Virus record (IMG/VR): IMGVR_UViG_3300045999_009338
Span: 1-64,000 of that record
Length of the DNA stretch: 64,000 nucleotides
Origin: a virus
Reading direction: 5' to 3' (one strand)
Shown: positions 18,265 through 29,027 of the stretch, one piece after another
Numbering within the stretch: the stretch's first letter is position 1
How the letters are laid out: every line of letters starts with the position of its first letter
Translations under genes and position numbers: made by a program
The notes under the pieces: generated by a model
The model's database searches: none
What the model saw: the letters and a program-made list of their open reading frames with translations, nothing else
Told to the model about the DNA's origin: nothing

Positions 18265-21200
18265 ATGGCCGATCAAAGAATTACGGAACTCGTCGAACTT
18301 CCTCAGGGAGGCGTAGCTTTCAATGACGTTCTGCCTATTGCAGACGTTAGTGCCAGTCAAACCAAAAAGGTGCAAGTCAAGAGCCTGATTCAAGCAGGCT
18401 TTAATCTTGCGGATGCTTCGACTCTTGATATTTCAAAGATTAACCAAGCCAGCGCTGCAAAGCTTACTGGTACATCTATCGCTGCGAATACTCTCACTTA
18501 CGACAAGATTCAGCAGGTAAGCGCCAATAAGCTTCTTGGGCGAAGCGCGTCTACTGGTAATGTAGAAGAAATTGATTGCACTGTTTATATTCGCACGCTT
18601 CTTGATGATGCCAATGCTGCCGCTGCTCGTTCCACATTGGAACTGGGCGTAGTTGCCACGGGCAACACTATCAACACCAGTCTTCTTGAAGATTTAAGTG
18701 TTACCACTGGCAAGATCAATAACCTGGCCGTTACGGCGGCGAAGCTGGCTAGCGATGCAGTGGAGACTGCGAAAATTCTTGATGGCGCTGTCACTTCTGC
18801 GAAAATTCAAACAAGTGGAATCACAGGCGGCAATGTAAGCGCTGGCGCTATTGACACGGTTCATCTGGCTACTAGCGGCGTCACGCTTATCAAAATGGCT
18901 GCCAATTCAGTTGGCACCATTCAATTAGTCGACAGCGGAATCACTCAGGCAAAGCTTGCTGCTGATGCAGTGGCAACTATTAATCTTGTTGCCAGTGGTA
19001 TTACGCAGCCCAAGCTTGCCGCAAATGCCGTAGCAACGATTAATCTCGTTGATAGTGGTGTTACTTTCGCAAAACTTTCCTCGGATAGTGTCAATACGAT
19101 TAATTTAGTTGCAAGCGGCGTTACGCAAGCAAAGCTTGCTGCTGACGCAGTGGCAACCATCAATCTTGTTGATAGTGGCGTCACGCAGCCAAAGCTTGCA
19201 AGTGGTTCAGTTGCCACTATTAACGTTATTGATTCCGCCATCACTCTCGCAAAGATGGCAAGCGGCAGTGTCAACACTGCTCAGCTTGTAGACAGTGGCG
19301 TAACACAAGCGAAGCTGGCTTCTAATGCTGTCAATACAATCAATTTGGTAGATAGCGGCATTACGCAGCCCAAACTTGCCGCCAATGCGATTGCCACTGT
19401 AAACATTGTCGATAGCGGAGTTACCACTGCAAAGCTTGCATCTGGCGCTGTCACCATTTCAAAGCTTGGTCTTTCTTCTGGAGAGCTTTCTGGCTCTGTA
19501 ATCACTGCAAGCTCAATTCCTTCTGGAAGCTATGCAAGTGGTTCCATCCCCACTGCAGCCGTTGAAGATAATGCAATTGTTTTTGCCAAGATTCAACAAG
19601 TGGCAAGCGGCGTGCTGCTTGGTCGTGCTTCTGCTGGTAGCGGCAATGTAGAAAGCATTACGCTCACAGCAGCAGGCAGGGCATTGCTGGACGATGCAGA
19701 CGCTGCTGCGCAACGCACCACGCTTGGCCTGGAGACCATGGCTGTGCAGCCCGCATCTGGCGTGGCAATCACTGGCGGCACGGCGGTACTTAGTAGTGGC
19801 ACCATTACTTACGCCACGATCAATGGCGGCGTGATTAGTGGCATCACTGATCTCGCCGTTACAGACGGTGGCACGGGAGCTTCCACTGCATCTGGAGCAC
19901 GCACCAATCTTGGCTTGGTAATTGGCACTGACGTGCAGGCTTATGACCCTGCTCTTGCTTCCATCGCAGGACTGACCACTGCATCTGGCCAGTTCATTTA
20001 TACCACTGCTTCTGACACTTACGCTACTGCCACAATCACTGCCGCTGGTCGCGCCATTCTTGATGATGCAGATGCGAGTGCGCAGCGTACCACGCTTGGA
20101 CTTGGCTCGCTTGCCGTAAAAAATACAGTAGGAAGTGGCGATTACGATTCTTCTTCTATTGTCACTGCCAATATTGCCGATGGCGCAATTACTACGGCAA
20201 AGCTTGCTGACAGTGGCGTTACCACTGTCAAAATTGTCGATGCAAGCGTCACGGCAGATAAGATTGCGAACAACGCTGTAACCACTGCAAAAATTATTGA
20301 TAGCGGAGTTACTACTAGCAAGATTGCGAACGGAGCTGTTTCTTACGCAAAAATTCAAGCCACTTCTGCAAGCGATGTGTTGCTTGGTCGGTCTTCGGCC
20401 AGCGGTGGCACTGTAGAAGAAATTGCTTGCACTTCTGCTGCGCGCTCCATTCTTGATGATGCCAGCATTGCGGACATTCGCGCAACGCTTGGTCTTGGCA
20501 CTTTGGCTGTGCAGAATGGCAGTTTTTCTGGCACGTCCACTGGCACAAATACTGGCGATCAGACCATCACGCTTTCTGGCGATGTCACTGGCACTGGTAC
20601 TAGCGGCTTCGCCGTAGCTATTAATAATTCTGCTGTCACCACTGCAAAGATTAACGATTCTGCTGTTACCACTGCAAAAATCGTAGACAGTGGCGTTACA
20701 TCCGCAAAACTTGCCGATAATTCCGCTGCCATTGTTGCTGGATCGACGCCCACAGGAGATGGCGATTTTATTGGCCAACAATGGCTGAATACAAATACTG
20801 GCGTTGAATACACTTGGACTGGAAGCACTTGGCGCCGGCAAAGTGGACTCGCCACCACTGTTATTTCAGGCGATACTGTTTACGCTTACGCCACATCTTA
20901 CCCCGATGAATTTAGTGCTTCCATTGTCCCTTCGTTAAACACGCAAGTTGCTACGCGCTTCTTTGCTGGTCCAGCAAGCGGCAATGCTGACGCTGCTCCT
21001 ACATTCCGCGCCATCACTGCTAGCGATCTTCCCAAGGCGACCACCGCTGCTTTAGGCGTTGCTCAAGCTGGTACGGGCCTTGTCACTGTTAGCGGCATCT
21101 TTAATCACGCCAATAGCGTTGCATCTGGCACTTATTACAAAGTGACAGTAGATGCGCAAGGACACGTAAGCGCAGGAGAAGCAAGTCTTGTTGCGGACGA

Positions 21201-22545
21201 CATTCCTGCTCTTCCCGCATCGAAAATTACCACTGGTACGTTCGGAAGTGGCTTCATTGCAGATAATTCGATTCTTGCTTCTAAGCTCGCAAACTATTCC
21301 GTAAGTCAATTTGGCGAAGCTCCGCCAGTTGCCGACTTTATTGGACAGTTCTTCTTCAATCCATTGGAGAAAGACCTCTATCTATGGGATGGTAACGTTT
21401 GGAATCCAGTTGGCATTAGTGTTGGTGAGATTATTTTTGGTGGCACATATAACGCTTCTGGAAACACCATTGCAAGCGTTAGCGCTGATGGTGCTGGTAT
21501 TGGTCTTTCTGTGGGGCAACCACTTCCTGCTGCATCGACCACGTTTAATCGTTATTACGTTGTAGTTGCTAGCGGTGGCACTGGCACATCTCCTGCTCCT
21601 GAGACTGTTTTACAACCGCCTGATATTCTCCTTTGCAATGGCACGGCATGGGTGGAACTTGACGTTAGTTCCACTTATCTATCGCAAACTGCCTCTAATG
21701 TGGCCTTTGCACCAGCAGGGACAATTGGAAGCACGAATGTTCAATCTGCCATTGAAGAAGTAAATACAGAATGTCGCAATATCAACAATGTGGCAAGTGG
21801 CATTTTAGCAACTGGCTATGGCGGCACTGGAATTAATTCTTATGCCAAAGGCGACATTCTTGTTGGTAGTGGCACCACATTAGTCAAGCAGACCATTGGA
21901 ACCAACGGGCAAGTACTTACTGCCAATTCTGCCTTTGGAGGTGGCGTTCACTGGGTGACGCCTGCGAGTGGCACTGTTCTTTCCGTAAGCGTTAATTCCC
22001 CTCTTGCTGTTGTTAGTGGTACCACCACTCCAGTTATTTCAATTCCTGACGCATCGACAAGCGCGAGGGGAAGCGTTCAGCTCACTGATTCAACAAGCAC
22101 GACAAGCTCAACGCTTGCTGCTACTGCCACTGCAGTGAAAAACGCCTTTGACTTGGCTAACGCTGCATTGCCGCGAGCTGGCGGTACGATCACTGGAGAA
22201 GTGGTAATTGGCAGTGCTGGCACATTGCTGTTTGAAGGCGCCACTGATAATGCTTTCGAAATTCAGCTCACCGCTGCTGATGCCACTTCAGACAAGATCG
22301 TCACTTTGCCAGATACTACTGGCACCATTATCACCACTGGCGATACTGGTACAGTCACCAATTTAATGCTTGCTGGCAGCATTGCAGACACCAAGCTTTC
22401 TACAATTTCCACTGCCGGCAAGGTTAGTAATAGTGCTACCACTGCTACTAGCACCAATACTGCTAGTGCAATTATTGCCCGCGATGCAAGTGGCAATTTC
22501 TCTGCTGGCTCTATTGATGCCACCATTGATGAAGGCACTTTCTAA
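18265..22545 (+). CDS. Long tail fibre protein
   Basis: 1426 aa, S/T/A/G-rich, with 10/20-aa 'VTxAKLA' repeats and 'GRALLDDADAAAQRTTLGL' fibre motifs. Confidence 0.85.
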   Translation: MADQRITELVELPQGGVAFNDVLPIADVSASQTKKVQVKSLIQAGFNLADASTLDISKINQASAAKLTGTSIAANTLTYDKIQQVSANKLLGRSASTGNVEEIDCTVYIRTLLDDANAAAARSTLELGVVATGNTINTSLLEDLSVTTGKINNLAVTAAKLASDAVETAKILDGAVTSAKIQTSGITGGNVSAGAIDTVHLATSGVTLIKMAANSVGTIQLVDSGITQAKLAADAVATINLVASGITQPKLAANAVATINLVDSGVTFAKLSSDSVNTINLVASGVTQAKLAADAVATINLVDSGVTQPKLASGSVATINVIDSAITLAKMASGSVNTAQLVDSGVTQAKLASNAVNTINLVDSGITQPKLAANAIATVNIVDSGVTTAKLASGAVTISKLGLSSGELSGSVITASSIPSGSYASGSIPTAAVEDNAIVFAKIQQVASGVLLGRASAGSGNVESITLTAAGRALLDDADAAAQRTTLGLETMAVQPASGVAITGGTAVLSSGTITYATINGGVISGITDLAVTDGGTGASTASGARTNLGLVIGTDVQAYDPALASIAGLTTASGQFIYTTASDTYATATITAAGRAILDDADASAQRTTLGLGSLAVKNTVGSGDYDSSSIVTANIADGAITTAKLADSGVTTVKIVDASVTADKIANNAVTTAKIIDSGVTTSKIANGAVSYAKIQATSASDVLLGRSSASGGTVEEIACTSAARSILDDASIADIRATLGLGTLAVQNGSFSGTSTGTNTGDQTITLSGDVTGTGTSGFAVAINNSAVTTAKINDSAVTTAKIVDSGVTSAKLADNSAAIVAGSTPTGDGDFIGQQWLNTNTGVEYTWTGSTWRRQSGLATTVISGDTVYAYATSYPDEFSASIVPSLNTQVATRFFAGPASGNADAAPTFRAITASDLPKATTAALGVAQAGTGLVTVSGIFNHANSVASGTYYKVTVDAQGHVSAGEASLVADDIPALPASKITTGTFGSGFIADNSILASKLANYSVSQFGEAPPVADFIGQFFFNPLEKDLYLWDGNVWNPVGISVGEIIFGGTYNASGNTIASVSADGAGIGLSVGQPLPAASTTFNRYYVVVASGGTGTSPAPETVLQPPDILLCNGTAWVELDVSSTYLSQTASNVAFAPAGTIGSTNVQSAIEEVNTECRNINNVASGILATGYGGTGINSYAKGDILVGSGTTLVKQTIGTNGQVLTANSAFGGGVHWVTPASGTVLSVSVNSPLAVVSGTTTPVISIPDASTSARGSVQLTDSTSTTSSTLAATATAVKNAFDLANAALPRAGGTITGEVVIGSAGTLLFEGATDNAFEIQLTAADATSDKIVTLPDTTGTIITTGDTGTVTNLMLAGSIADTKLSTISTAGKVSNSATTATSTNTASAIIARDASGNFSAGSIDATIDEGTF
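18925..19460 (+). repeat. Coding tandem repeat, 60-nt (20-aa) period
   Basis: Consecutive copies of about DSGVTQAKLAADAVATINLV. Confidence 0.85.
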
Positions 22546-22617
22546 TCATTAAAAAGAAAAGCCTTTTAGAATTGCGAAAGACTAATTAGTCTTCTGCAAT
22601 TCCGAAAGGCTTTAATT

Positions 22618-24372
22618 ATGGCTGGTGTTCTTCAGCATCTGCGTTCATCAACGCTTAACAAGCGTCCTAATCCTGCTTCTATGGTTGATGGTCAATTGGC
22701 CATTAATTATGCAAGTGGAAGCCCTGGAGCTTTTTTCAAGGACAGCAACGGTAATTTAGTAAAAGTGGGGCCTGTGCATGTGGGAGCAACAGCTCCTAAT
22801 GTGAGTCCTGCAAGTGGCGGCACTGCTGGCAATAGCCTTGGCGAGCAATGGCTTGATACAAGTGGTGGTACTTATGTGTTTAAGATTTGGGACGGAGCTG
22901 CGTGGCGCAGTGAAGCTGGTGAGTTTGTAAACACGACTGGCGACACGATGACTGGAGCGCTGGGCATTATCGCGGGCTCAGCTTCCACGCCAGGATTATT
23001 TTTCAGTGGGGACGCAAATTCTGGACTGTATTCCCCCGGCGCAGACCAGGTGGCACTGGCGACAGGTGGCACGGGGCGGTTGTTTATTGATGCAAGTGGG
23101 CGGGTTGGGGTCGGCACTACTTCTCCTGTGCCAGGGGGTCAGGGTGTTCATATTCACAATTCCAGTGCAGCAGACAGTTCGCTGCGAGTCACTAACTCAA
23201 CCACTGGAGCTACAGATGGAGATGGCTTTGCAATTCAATGTGCATCTGATGGCACTGCAAAGCTGCGGCAATTTGAAAGTTCTGCACTAACGTTTGAAAC
23301 TGCAGCTACTGAACGCGCCCGCATTGACAGCTCCGGCAGGTTGCTAGTGGGGACGTCTACTGCGCGTGGGAACTTCTATAATACAACAGGGCTAACTCCA
23401 GGTATTCAATTAGAAGGTTCATCATTTCAAAATAGATTCTTAGGACTTATATCTAGCGACAATGGTGGCCCAGGATCTTGCGCCGGAATAATTATGGCAC
23501 GGCAAAAGAGTGGATCCGTAGGTGGTAACACAATCGTCGCTAACAATGACTCTCTTGGATTGCTGACATTTCAAGGATCAGACGGTACGGAGTTTGTCGA
23601 GGGCGCTCGTATTGAAGCATTTGTAGACGGCACCCCTGGCGTTAACGACATGCCAGGCCGCCTAGTGTTCAGCACTGCCGCCGACGGAGGGAGTTCTCCG
23701 ACGGAGCGGATGAGGATTACAAGCTCCGGTACATTACTTTTGGGGAAGCAAATCGATGACATAGGCACCAATGGAGTTCAGTTCTTCTCTTCTGGCATTC
23801 AGTACAACACCCGTAGTGGCGGTACACTTCATTTGCTAAATAGAAGAACGGATGACGGTGATTTAATCGTATTTGCACAAGACGGCAACATTGAAGGCAG
23901 CATCTCCGTCTCCGGTACCACGATCTCCTATAACGGTGCTCACCTAAGCCGCTGGTCCCAGCTTCCTTCTGGCGCAGAGCGTACCGAAATCCTGCGCGGC
24001 ACTGTCCTCTCTAACATCGATGAGATGTGCGAGTGGGGCGAGGAAGATAACGAACAGCTCAACCGGATGAAGGTGAGCGACGTTGAAGGTGACAAGAACG
24101 TGTCGGGCGTGTTCCAGGCTTGGGACGACGATGACGACACTTACACCAACGACTTCTACTGCGCGATGACGGGTGATTTCATCATCCGAATCGGTGCTGG
24201 CGTAACCGTTGAACGTGGTGATCTGCTGATGTCCGCAGGTGATGGCACTGCCAAGCCTCAGGACGACGACATCATCCGCAGCAAGACCATCGCCAAGGTC
24301 ACCAGCACCAACGTGAGCTGCACACACCCTGATGGCAGCTACTGCGTGCCTTGTGTACTGATGGCCTGCTGA
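22618..24372 (+). CDS. Tail fibre/receptor-binding protein
   Basis: 'ERARIDSSGRLLVGT' fibre repeats and C-terminal 'DGSYCVPCVLMAC'. Confidence 0.8.
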   Translation: MAGVLQHLRSSTLNKRPNPASMVDGQLAINYASGSPGAFFKDSNGNLVKVGPVHVGATAPNVSPASGGTAGNSLGEQWLDTSGGTYVFKIWDGAAWRSEAGEFVNTTGDTMTGALGIIAGSASTPGLFFSGDANSGLYSPGADQVALATGGTGRLFIDASGRVGVGTTSPVPGGQGVHIHNSSAADSSLRVTNSTTGATDGDGFAIQCASDGTAKLRQFESSALTFETAATERARIDSSGRLLVGTSTARGNFYNTTGLTPGIQLEGSSFQNRFLGLISSDNGGPGSCAGIIMARQKSGSVGGNTIVANNDSLGLLTFQGSDGTEFVEGARIEAFVDGTPGVNDMPGRLVFSTAADGGSSPTERMRITSSGTLLLGKQIDDIGTNGVQFFSSGIQYNTRSGGTLHLLNRRTDDGDLIVFAQDGNIEGSISVSGTTISYNGAHLSRWSQLPSGAERTEILRGTVLSNIDEMCEWGEEDNEQLNRMKVSDVEGDKNVSGVFQAWDDDDDTYTNDFYCAMTGDFIIRIGAGVTVERGDLLMSAGDGTAKPQDDDIIRSKTIAKVTSTNVSCTHPDGSYCVPCVLMAC

Positions 24373-24463
24373 TTAGTCCCCTTCACTTCTTGCTCTGGCG
24401 ATTTCCCGAAGAAACCGCCTTTTCTTTTCATTGCTAAACTAACAAAGACCATTCTTTTTAACC

Positions 24464-24775
24464 ATGGCGATCACTTATTCTTGGGGCGTTTCCCAGCTTG
24501 AAAGGCAGCTTTCGAGCGGCATTGTCTACACGGTTCACTATACGATTTCTGCCGATGATGGCACGTATGCCAGTTCAGCATATGGCAGTCTTGGTCTTGA
24601 ACCCCCTGATGAGGACGATGAGATTCCTTATGCTCAGCTCACCCCTGAAATCGTCACCGGCTGGGTGAAAGATAAATTTGGCGATGAGAAAGTGGCGGAA
24701 ATTGAAGCTGCTCTTGCCGAGCAAATTGCTCAACAGCGCACTCCGACCACAGGCACTGGCCTGCCTTGGAGCTAA
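24464..24775 (+). CDS. Fibre-associated small protein
   Basis: 'IPYAQLTPEIVTGWVK...GLPW' pattern, common after cyanophage fibre genes. Confidence 0.6.
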   Translation: MAITYSWGVSQLERQLSSGIVYTVHYTISADDGTYASSAYGSLGLEPPDEDDEIPYAQLTPEIVTGWVKDKFGDEKVAEIEAALAEQIAQQRTPTTGTGLPWS

Positions 24776-24778
24776 TGA

Positions 24779-24916
24779 ATGGCAGCAAAATCCAAGGTTG
24801 GCATTAGCGGGCAAAAGCTTCATTCTTCTAATCGTCGCAAGAAGACTAGGCAAGGCAATGGAGCGAATAGCAAAGCTTCTCATGGGCGAAAGCTTATGCG
24901 AGGCCAAGGCAAATAA
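24779..24916 (+). CDS. Small basic protein (45 aa), not in the ORF track
   Basis: MAAKSKVGISGQKLHSSNRRKKTRQGNGANSKASHGRKLMRGQGK, followed by a terminator hairpin. Confidence 0.65.
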   Translation: MAAKSKVGISGQKLHSSNRRKKTRQGNGANSKASHGRKLMRGQGK

Positions 24917-24920
24917 TTAC

Positions 24921-24945
24921 GGGGCCGAAAGGCCCCTTTCCTTTT
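24921..24945 (+). terminator. Intrinsic terminator
   Basis: GGGGCC-GAAA-GGCCCC followed by TTTCCTTTT. Confidence 0.7.
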
Positions 24946-24976
24946 AGCAGTACAATGGAAGAAAGCATTGTTTCTC

Positions 24977-26200
24977 ATGGGCCAAATCATTGCTGGCGGT
25001 GAACAGTTTGAAACTCATATTGAAGCTGACTATCGCGGGCAGATCTTAAAGACAGGCCCTGACAGTGGATCCGTTGATGCCTTTGGTCGTGCTCGCACAA
25101 GTGCTCCCTATACACTTTTTGATAGCACGATGCGTTATGACAAGCGTGCTGACCAATGGTTCGATCGCGTGTCCAATGGAGGCGTGGTCACGTATTTAAC
25201 AAATGAAAGCAGCACTGCCTTAACGACTACAACTGCGTCTGGCGATACAGTATTGCGTAGAACTAAGCAATACTTTCCGTACCAACCAGGAAAGAGCATG
25301 ATGATCATGCAAAGCTTTGCCGGCGCCACGCCAACAGCGGGCCTTATTCAAGAAGTGGGCTTCTTTGATGACCAGAATGGAGTGATGTTTAGGGCAAGTG
25401 GTACTACTTTGCAAATGGTCATTAGAAGCTTTACGTCTGGCGCCATTGTTGAAAACGTAGTCGATCAATCAGCATGGAATATCAACACTCTTGATTCGCT
25501 GGACATCTCTAAAGCCCAAATTTTTACAGCCGATCTTGAATGGCTTGGCGTGGGACGAGTAAGGGCTGGCTTTGTAGTCAATGGCGAGATTATCTATTGC
25601 CATGAATTTAATCATTACAACACATTGACTAGTGCATATATGACAACGGCTATTTTGCCATTGTCCTATCGCATTCACAATGCTTCCACTCAAGCTTCAG
25701 GGAGAACTATGAAGCAAATTTGTAGCAGCATTCTTAGTGAGGGAGGATACGAACCAGATGGTGCTGTGTATTCAGTGGGTCATGATCTTGCCACTATCGC
25801 CAACACTTCTGGAGAGCGTATCACTGCTGGCATCCGCATGGCGAGTGGTCGCACTGGTAATGTTATTTTGCCTGTGAGGATTTCCACTGCTACTTCCTCT
25901 AGCGATGTTGTGCTATGGAGGCTTCGTCTTAATCCAACGCTAAGTGGAGTTGCGTGGAGCGCTGCGGACAATCAAAGGGGCAATGTGGAAGTTACAACCA
26001 GTGGCACTGCGACAGGCGGCATAGTGGTCGACGCAGGCTTTGTAAGCCAAGGTAGTGCGAATAATTACGACATTGCAGTGGCCATTCGTCTTGCCTTAGG
26101 GCAAAATGCGTCTGGCGAAAGCGACACCCTCATTTTGACTGTCGACAGTTCTGTTAACGCCAAAGCTCTTGGCATGATCGGCTGGGTAGAAATTGCATAA
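24977..26200 (+). CDS. Virion structural protein
   Basis: Motifs 'DAFGRAR...TLFDS' and 'EWLGVGRVRAGF' seen in cyanophage structural proteins. Confidence 0.6.
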   Translation: MGQIIAGGEQFETHIEADYRGQILKTGPDSGSVDAFGRARTSAPYTLFDSTMRYDKRADQWFDRVSNGGVVTYLTNESSTALTTTTASGDTVLRRTKQYFPYQPGKSMMIMQSFAGATPTAGLIQEVGFFDDQNGVMFRASGTTLQMVIRSFTSGAIVENVVDQSAWNINTLDSLDISKAQIFTADLEWLGVGRVRAGFVVNGEIIYCHEFNHYNTLTSAYMTTAILPLSYRIHNASTQASGRTMKQICSSILSEGGYEPDGAVYSVGHDLATIANTSGERITAGIRMASGRTGNVILPVRISTATSSSDVVLWRLRLNPTLSGVAWSAADNQRGNVEVTTSGTATGGIVVDAGFVSQGSANNYDIAVAIRLALGQNASGESDTLILTVDSSVNAKALGMIGWVEIA

Positions 26201-26229
26201 TTCGCCTACAATAAAAGAAAAAGTTCATC

Positions 26230-26568
26230 ATGATTACGCCAGGTAAGCACGATATTACAATTTATCAGGGCGCAACTTTTGAGCTTCAGTTGCAATACAA
26301 GGATGCTTCTGGCGTGCCGGTAAATATGAGCGGCTACACCGTAGCATCCAAGCTATATGATCGCCTAGGAAGTTCTAAGCTTGCTGATTTTGCCGTATCA
26401 TACGTAAATCAAGCTAGCGGTATTTTCAAGCTACGTCTAGAGGCTTCTGGAACAAGCGGTATTACAGAGCAGGGGCAGTATGACGTGTTGATTACGGAGC
26501 CTGACAATAGTAAGTATTATCTTGTAGAGGGCAATGCCTTTATTAATCTTGGCTTGAGCTTCAAATGA
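26230..26568 (+). CDS. Baseplate/fibre-attachment-like protein
   Basis: Pattern 'ITIYQGATF...PVNMSGY...QYDVLIT'. Confidence 0.55.
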   Translation: MITPGKHDITIYQGATFELQLQYKDASGVPVNMSGYTVASKLYDRLGSSKLADFAVSYVNQASGIFKLRLEASGTSGITEQGQYDVLITEPDNSKYYLVEGNAFINLGLSFK

Positions 26569-26867
26569 CAGTTATTGTACAACAGTCTCCTTCCATTGTC
26601 TCAATTACTGAGGCGGAGGATTCCATTGTTGTCATAAACGAAGAAAGTAATACTATACAAATACAGGCTCCTCCGCCATCGCCAAGGCTTGAATTTTTTG
26701 GCAATGGCCCTCAAGGAGCTATTGGTCCTCAAGGGGAAAAAGGAATTAATTTAGACGAAACCGCTAAAATTGATGGAAGTGTAGTTTATTACGATGCTGC
26801 TGCAGCAAAGTTTAAAGCAGACGCAACAATCACTACCACTCTTCTTACTGACGGAGGCAATTTCTAA
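26565..26867 (+). CDS. Small fibre-associated protein with a short collagen-like stretch
   Basis: GPQGAIGPQGEKG; ends DGGNF. Confidence 0.55.
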   Translation: MTVIVQQSPSIVSITEAEDSIVVINEESNTIQIQAPPPSPRLEFFGNGPQGAIGPQGEKGINLDETAKIDGSVVYYDAAAAKFKADATITTTLLTDGGNF

Positions 26868-27946
26868 TGGCCAATATCATTCGCATTAAGCGCAGGGCTT
26901 CTGGAGGTAGCACTGGTGCGCCCGCGAGTTTGGCCAATGCTGAACTTGCCTATAACGAAAGTGATGCTGGGAATGGCGTTCTTTATTATGGTTACGGTAC
27001 TGGCGGCGCTGGTGGAAGCGCTACGCAAGTTGTTGCCATTGGTGGCGATGGTGCATTCGTAAATCTTACCGGCTCTCAAACGATAAGCGGCAACAAGACT
27101 TTTACTGGCACGCTAACAATGAGCGGTGCCACGATTGATGGCTTTAGCACCACTGGCAATGTAACAATTGGTGGAAATTTCACTGTCAATGGCACTACTA
27201 CTACTGTCAACAGCACAACAATTAGTGTTGACGATAAAAACATTGAACTAGGAAGCGTTGCAAGCCCCACTGACACTACTGCAGACGGAGGTGGCATTCT
27301 TCTTAAAGGAGACACTGATAAGACCATTTATTGGGTGAATGCCACTGACGCATGGACTAGCAGTGAACATATTGCCGTGGCAAGCGGTAAGTCTTATTTC
27401 ATTAATAACAGCAATGTCCTCAGCAGCAGTGCACTAGGAAGTGGCATCATTACGTCCAGTTTGACCAGTGTTGGCACTCTCACTTCTGGCACATGGTCTG
27501 CGTCGACCATTGCCGTTGACAAAGGAGGCACAGGACAGTCAAGCTATACAAATGGTCAATTATTAATTGGCAATACCACTGGTAATACACTTACGAAGGC
27601 CACGCTAACTGCTGGCAGTGGCATTTCAATTACAAATGGCAATGGCAGTATTACCATTGAATCTACTGGCGTAAGTTTTGCGGCTGGCGATGGTTTAGAT
27701 CTGGCAGGAGGCACGCTATCAGTTGATTTGAAGGCCAATGGTGGCTTGGTCATTGAAAGCACAGAGCTTGCGCTTGATCTTGGTGCATCTAGCATCACGG
27801 GAACTTTGGCTGTTGCCGATGGTGGCACGGGAGCAACAACCTTAACTGGCATCTTGAAGGGTAATGGCACGTCTGCATTTACTGCTGCTGTTGCAGGGAC
27901 CGACTATCTTGATACAAACAGCACAGTGGATGGAGGAACTTTCTAG
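26867..27946 (+). CDS. Tail fibre protein
   Basis: 'IRIKRR...ELAYNE', 'TVNGTTTTVNSTT'; ends DGGTF. Confidence 0.75.
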   Translation: MANIIRIKRRASGGSTGAPASLANAELAYNESDAGNGVLYYGYGTGGAGGSATQVVAIGGDGAFVNLTGSQTISGNKTFTGTLTMSGATIDGFSTTGNVTIGGNFTVNGTTTTVNSTTISVDDKNIELGSVASPTDTTADGGGILLKGDTDKTIYWVNATDAWTSSEHIAVASGKSYFINNSNVLSSSALGSGIITSSLTSVGTLTSGTWSASTIAVDKGGTGQSSYTNGQLLIGNTTGNTLTKATLTAGSGISITNGNGSITIESTGVSFAAGDGLDLAGGTLSVDLKANGGLVIESTELALDLGASSITGTLAVADGGTGATTLTGILKGNGTSAFTAAVAGTDYLDTNSTVDGGTF

Positions 27947-28783
27947 ATGCCTCGTCAAAATAAAATCATTCTTCGTAATGGCACAACAGTGCCTAATGGA
28001 GCAGATTTTGATATTGGTGAACCTGCATGGAATAAAGACGCGGGAACGCTCTATGTGAAGAATTCTGCTGGAGCGATGGTTTCCATTGGGGCGCCTTTTA
28101 CTGGTGGCACTTTGACTAGCGGCCTGGTAGTTGCATCTGGCGCTACATCTTTAGCTCCATTGTCATTTCAAGCGGGCACTAATTTAACCACTGCCGCCTC
28201 TGGAGTGATGGAATATGACGGCAAGGTGTTTTACAGTACGCCGGCAGGGCGAGGAGTGTCTCCTTCTGTCATGGTTTATCGTCTTAATGCTGATTTAGCT
28301 GGTGCAAACAGCACTGCATCACAAAGTGTATTCGGCGTGGGAGTTTCTTTGCAGGCCAATACAGTTTATGCCATGCAAATGGTGTTTACATTGGCCAAAA
28401 CTGCAGGGACCACTTCTCATTCAATTGGATTTAGCTTTGATGGTGGCACCGCCACTTTTAACAACATCCATATACAAGGAATGTATTCCAATCATCAAGC
28501 TGCTCCATCTACTACCAGTTCTTTAGCAACTAGCGCTTGGAATTATGGCGTGCATACGGCAACAACTCTAATAAATTACGTCACCAATATTGCAGGAGCT
28601 ACGCGCACGCAAACAGGTACATTTCATGGCACGTTTAGCGTGAATGCTGCAGGCACTTTCAATCCTCAGTACAGACTATCTGCTGCACCAGGCGGCGCAT
28701 ACAGCACTCTTGCCGGATCATTCATTAGTATTTGGCCCATTGGAGCTGCTGGAAGCAACGTGTCAGTTGGCCCATGGGCGTAA
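27947..28783 (+). CDS. Short fibre/receptor-binding protein
   Basis: 'GEPAWN...LYVK' fibre N-terminus and a beta-rich head. Confidence 0.65.
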   Translation: MPRQNKIILRNGTTVPNGADFDIGEPAWNKDAGTLYVKNSAGAMVSIGAPFTGGTLTSGLVVASGATSLAPLSFQAGTNLTTAASGVMEYDGKVFYSTPAGRGVSPSVMVYRLNADLAGANSTASQSVFGVGVSLQANTVYAMQMVFTLAKTAGTTSHSIGFSFDGGTATFNNIHIQGMYSNHQAAPSTTSSLATSAWNYGVHTATTLINYVTNIAGATRTQTGTFHGTFSVNAAGTFNPQYRLSAAPGGAYSTLAGSFISIWPIGAAGSNVSVGPWA

Positions 28784-28814
28784 CGCCTAGCATGCAAGAG
28801 CGTTTCTAGCTCTC

Positions 28815-29027
28815 ATGGCTTTTCCTTTCATTGCAGAAGGCGAGTGGTACAAGCAGCAAACCGAGCATCTTTCAGACATTCTGGCTGAGCTACTGACGGA
28901 CGATGATCCAGCGATGGCTTGCAAAGCGCTGAGCGAAACCATTGCCTCGTGGGAGGACTACCACGAGAAGGAACTTGCTAAGTGGAAGCGCCTTAGGGCG
29001 CTTCTTGGCCTGGGAGCTGGTACGTAA
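28815..29027 (+). CDS. Hypothetical protein
   Basis: 70-aa ORF preceded by a -10-like TAGCAT. Confidence 0.5.
   Translation: MAFPFIAEGEWYKQQTEHLSDILAELLTDDDPAMACKALSETIASWEDYHEKELAKWKRLRALLGLGAGT

Noticed and set aside
18265-28783. Diversity-generating retroelement or invertible fibre cassette
   Set aside because: No reverse transcriptase, TR/VR pair or invertase seen in the window.
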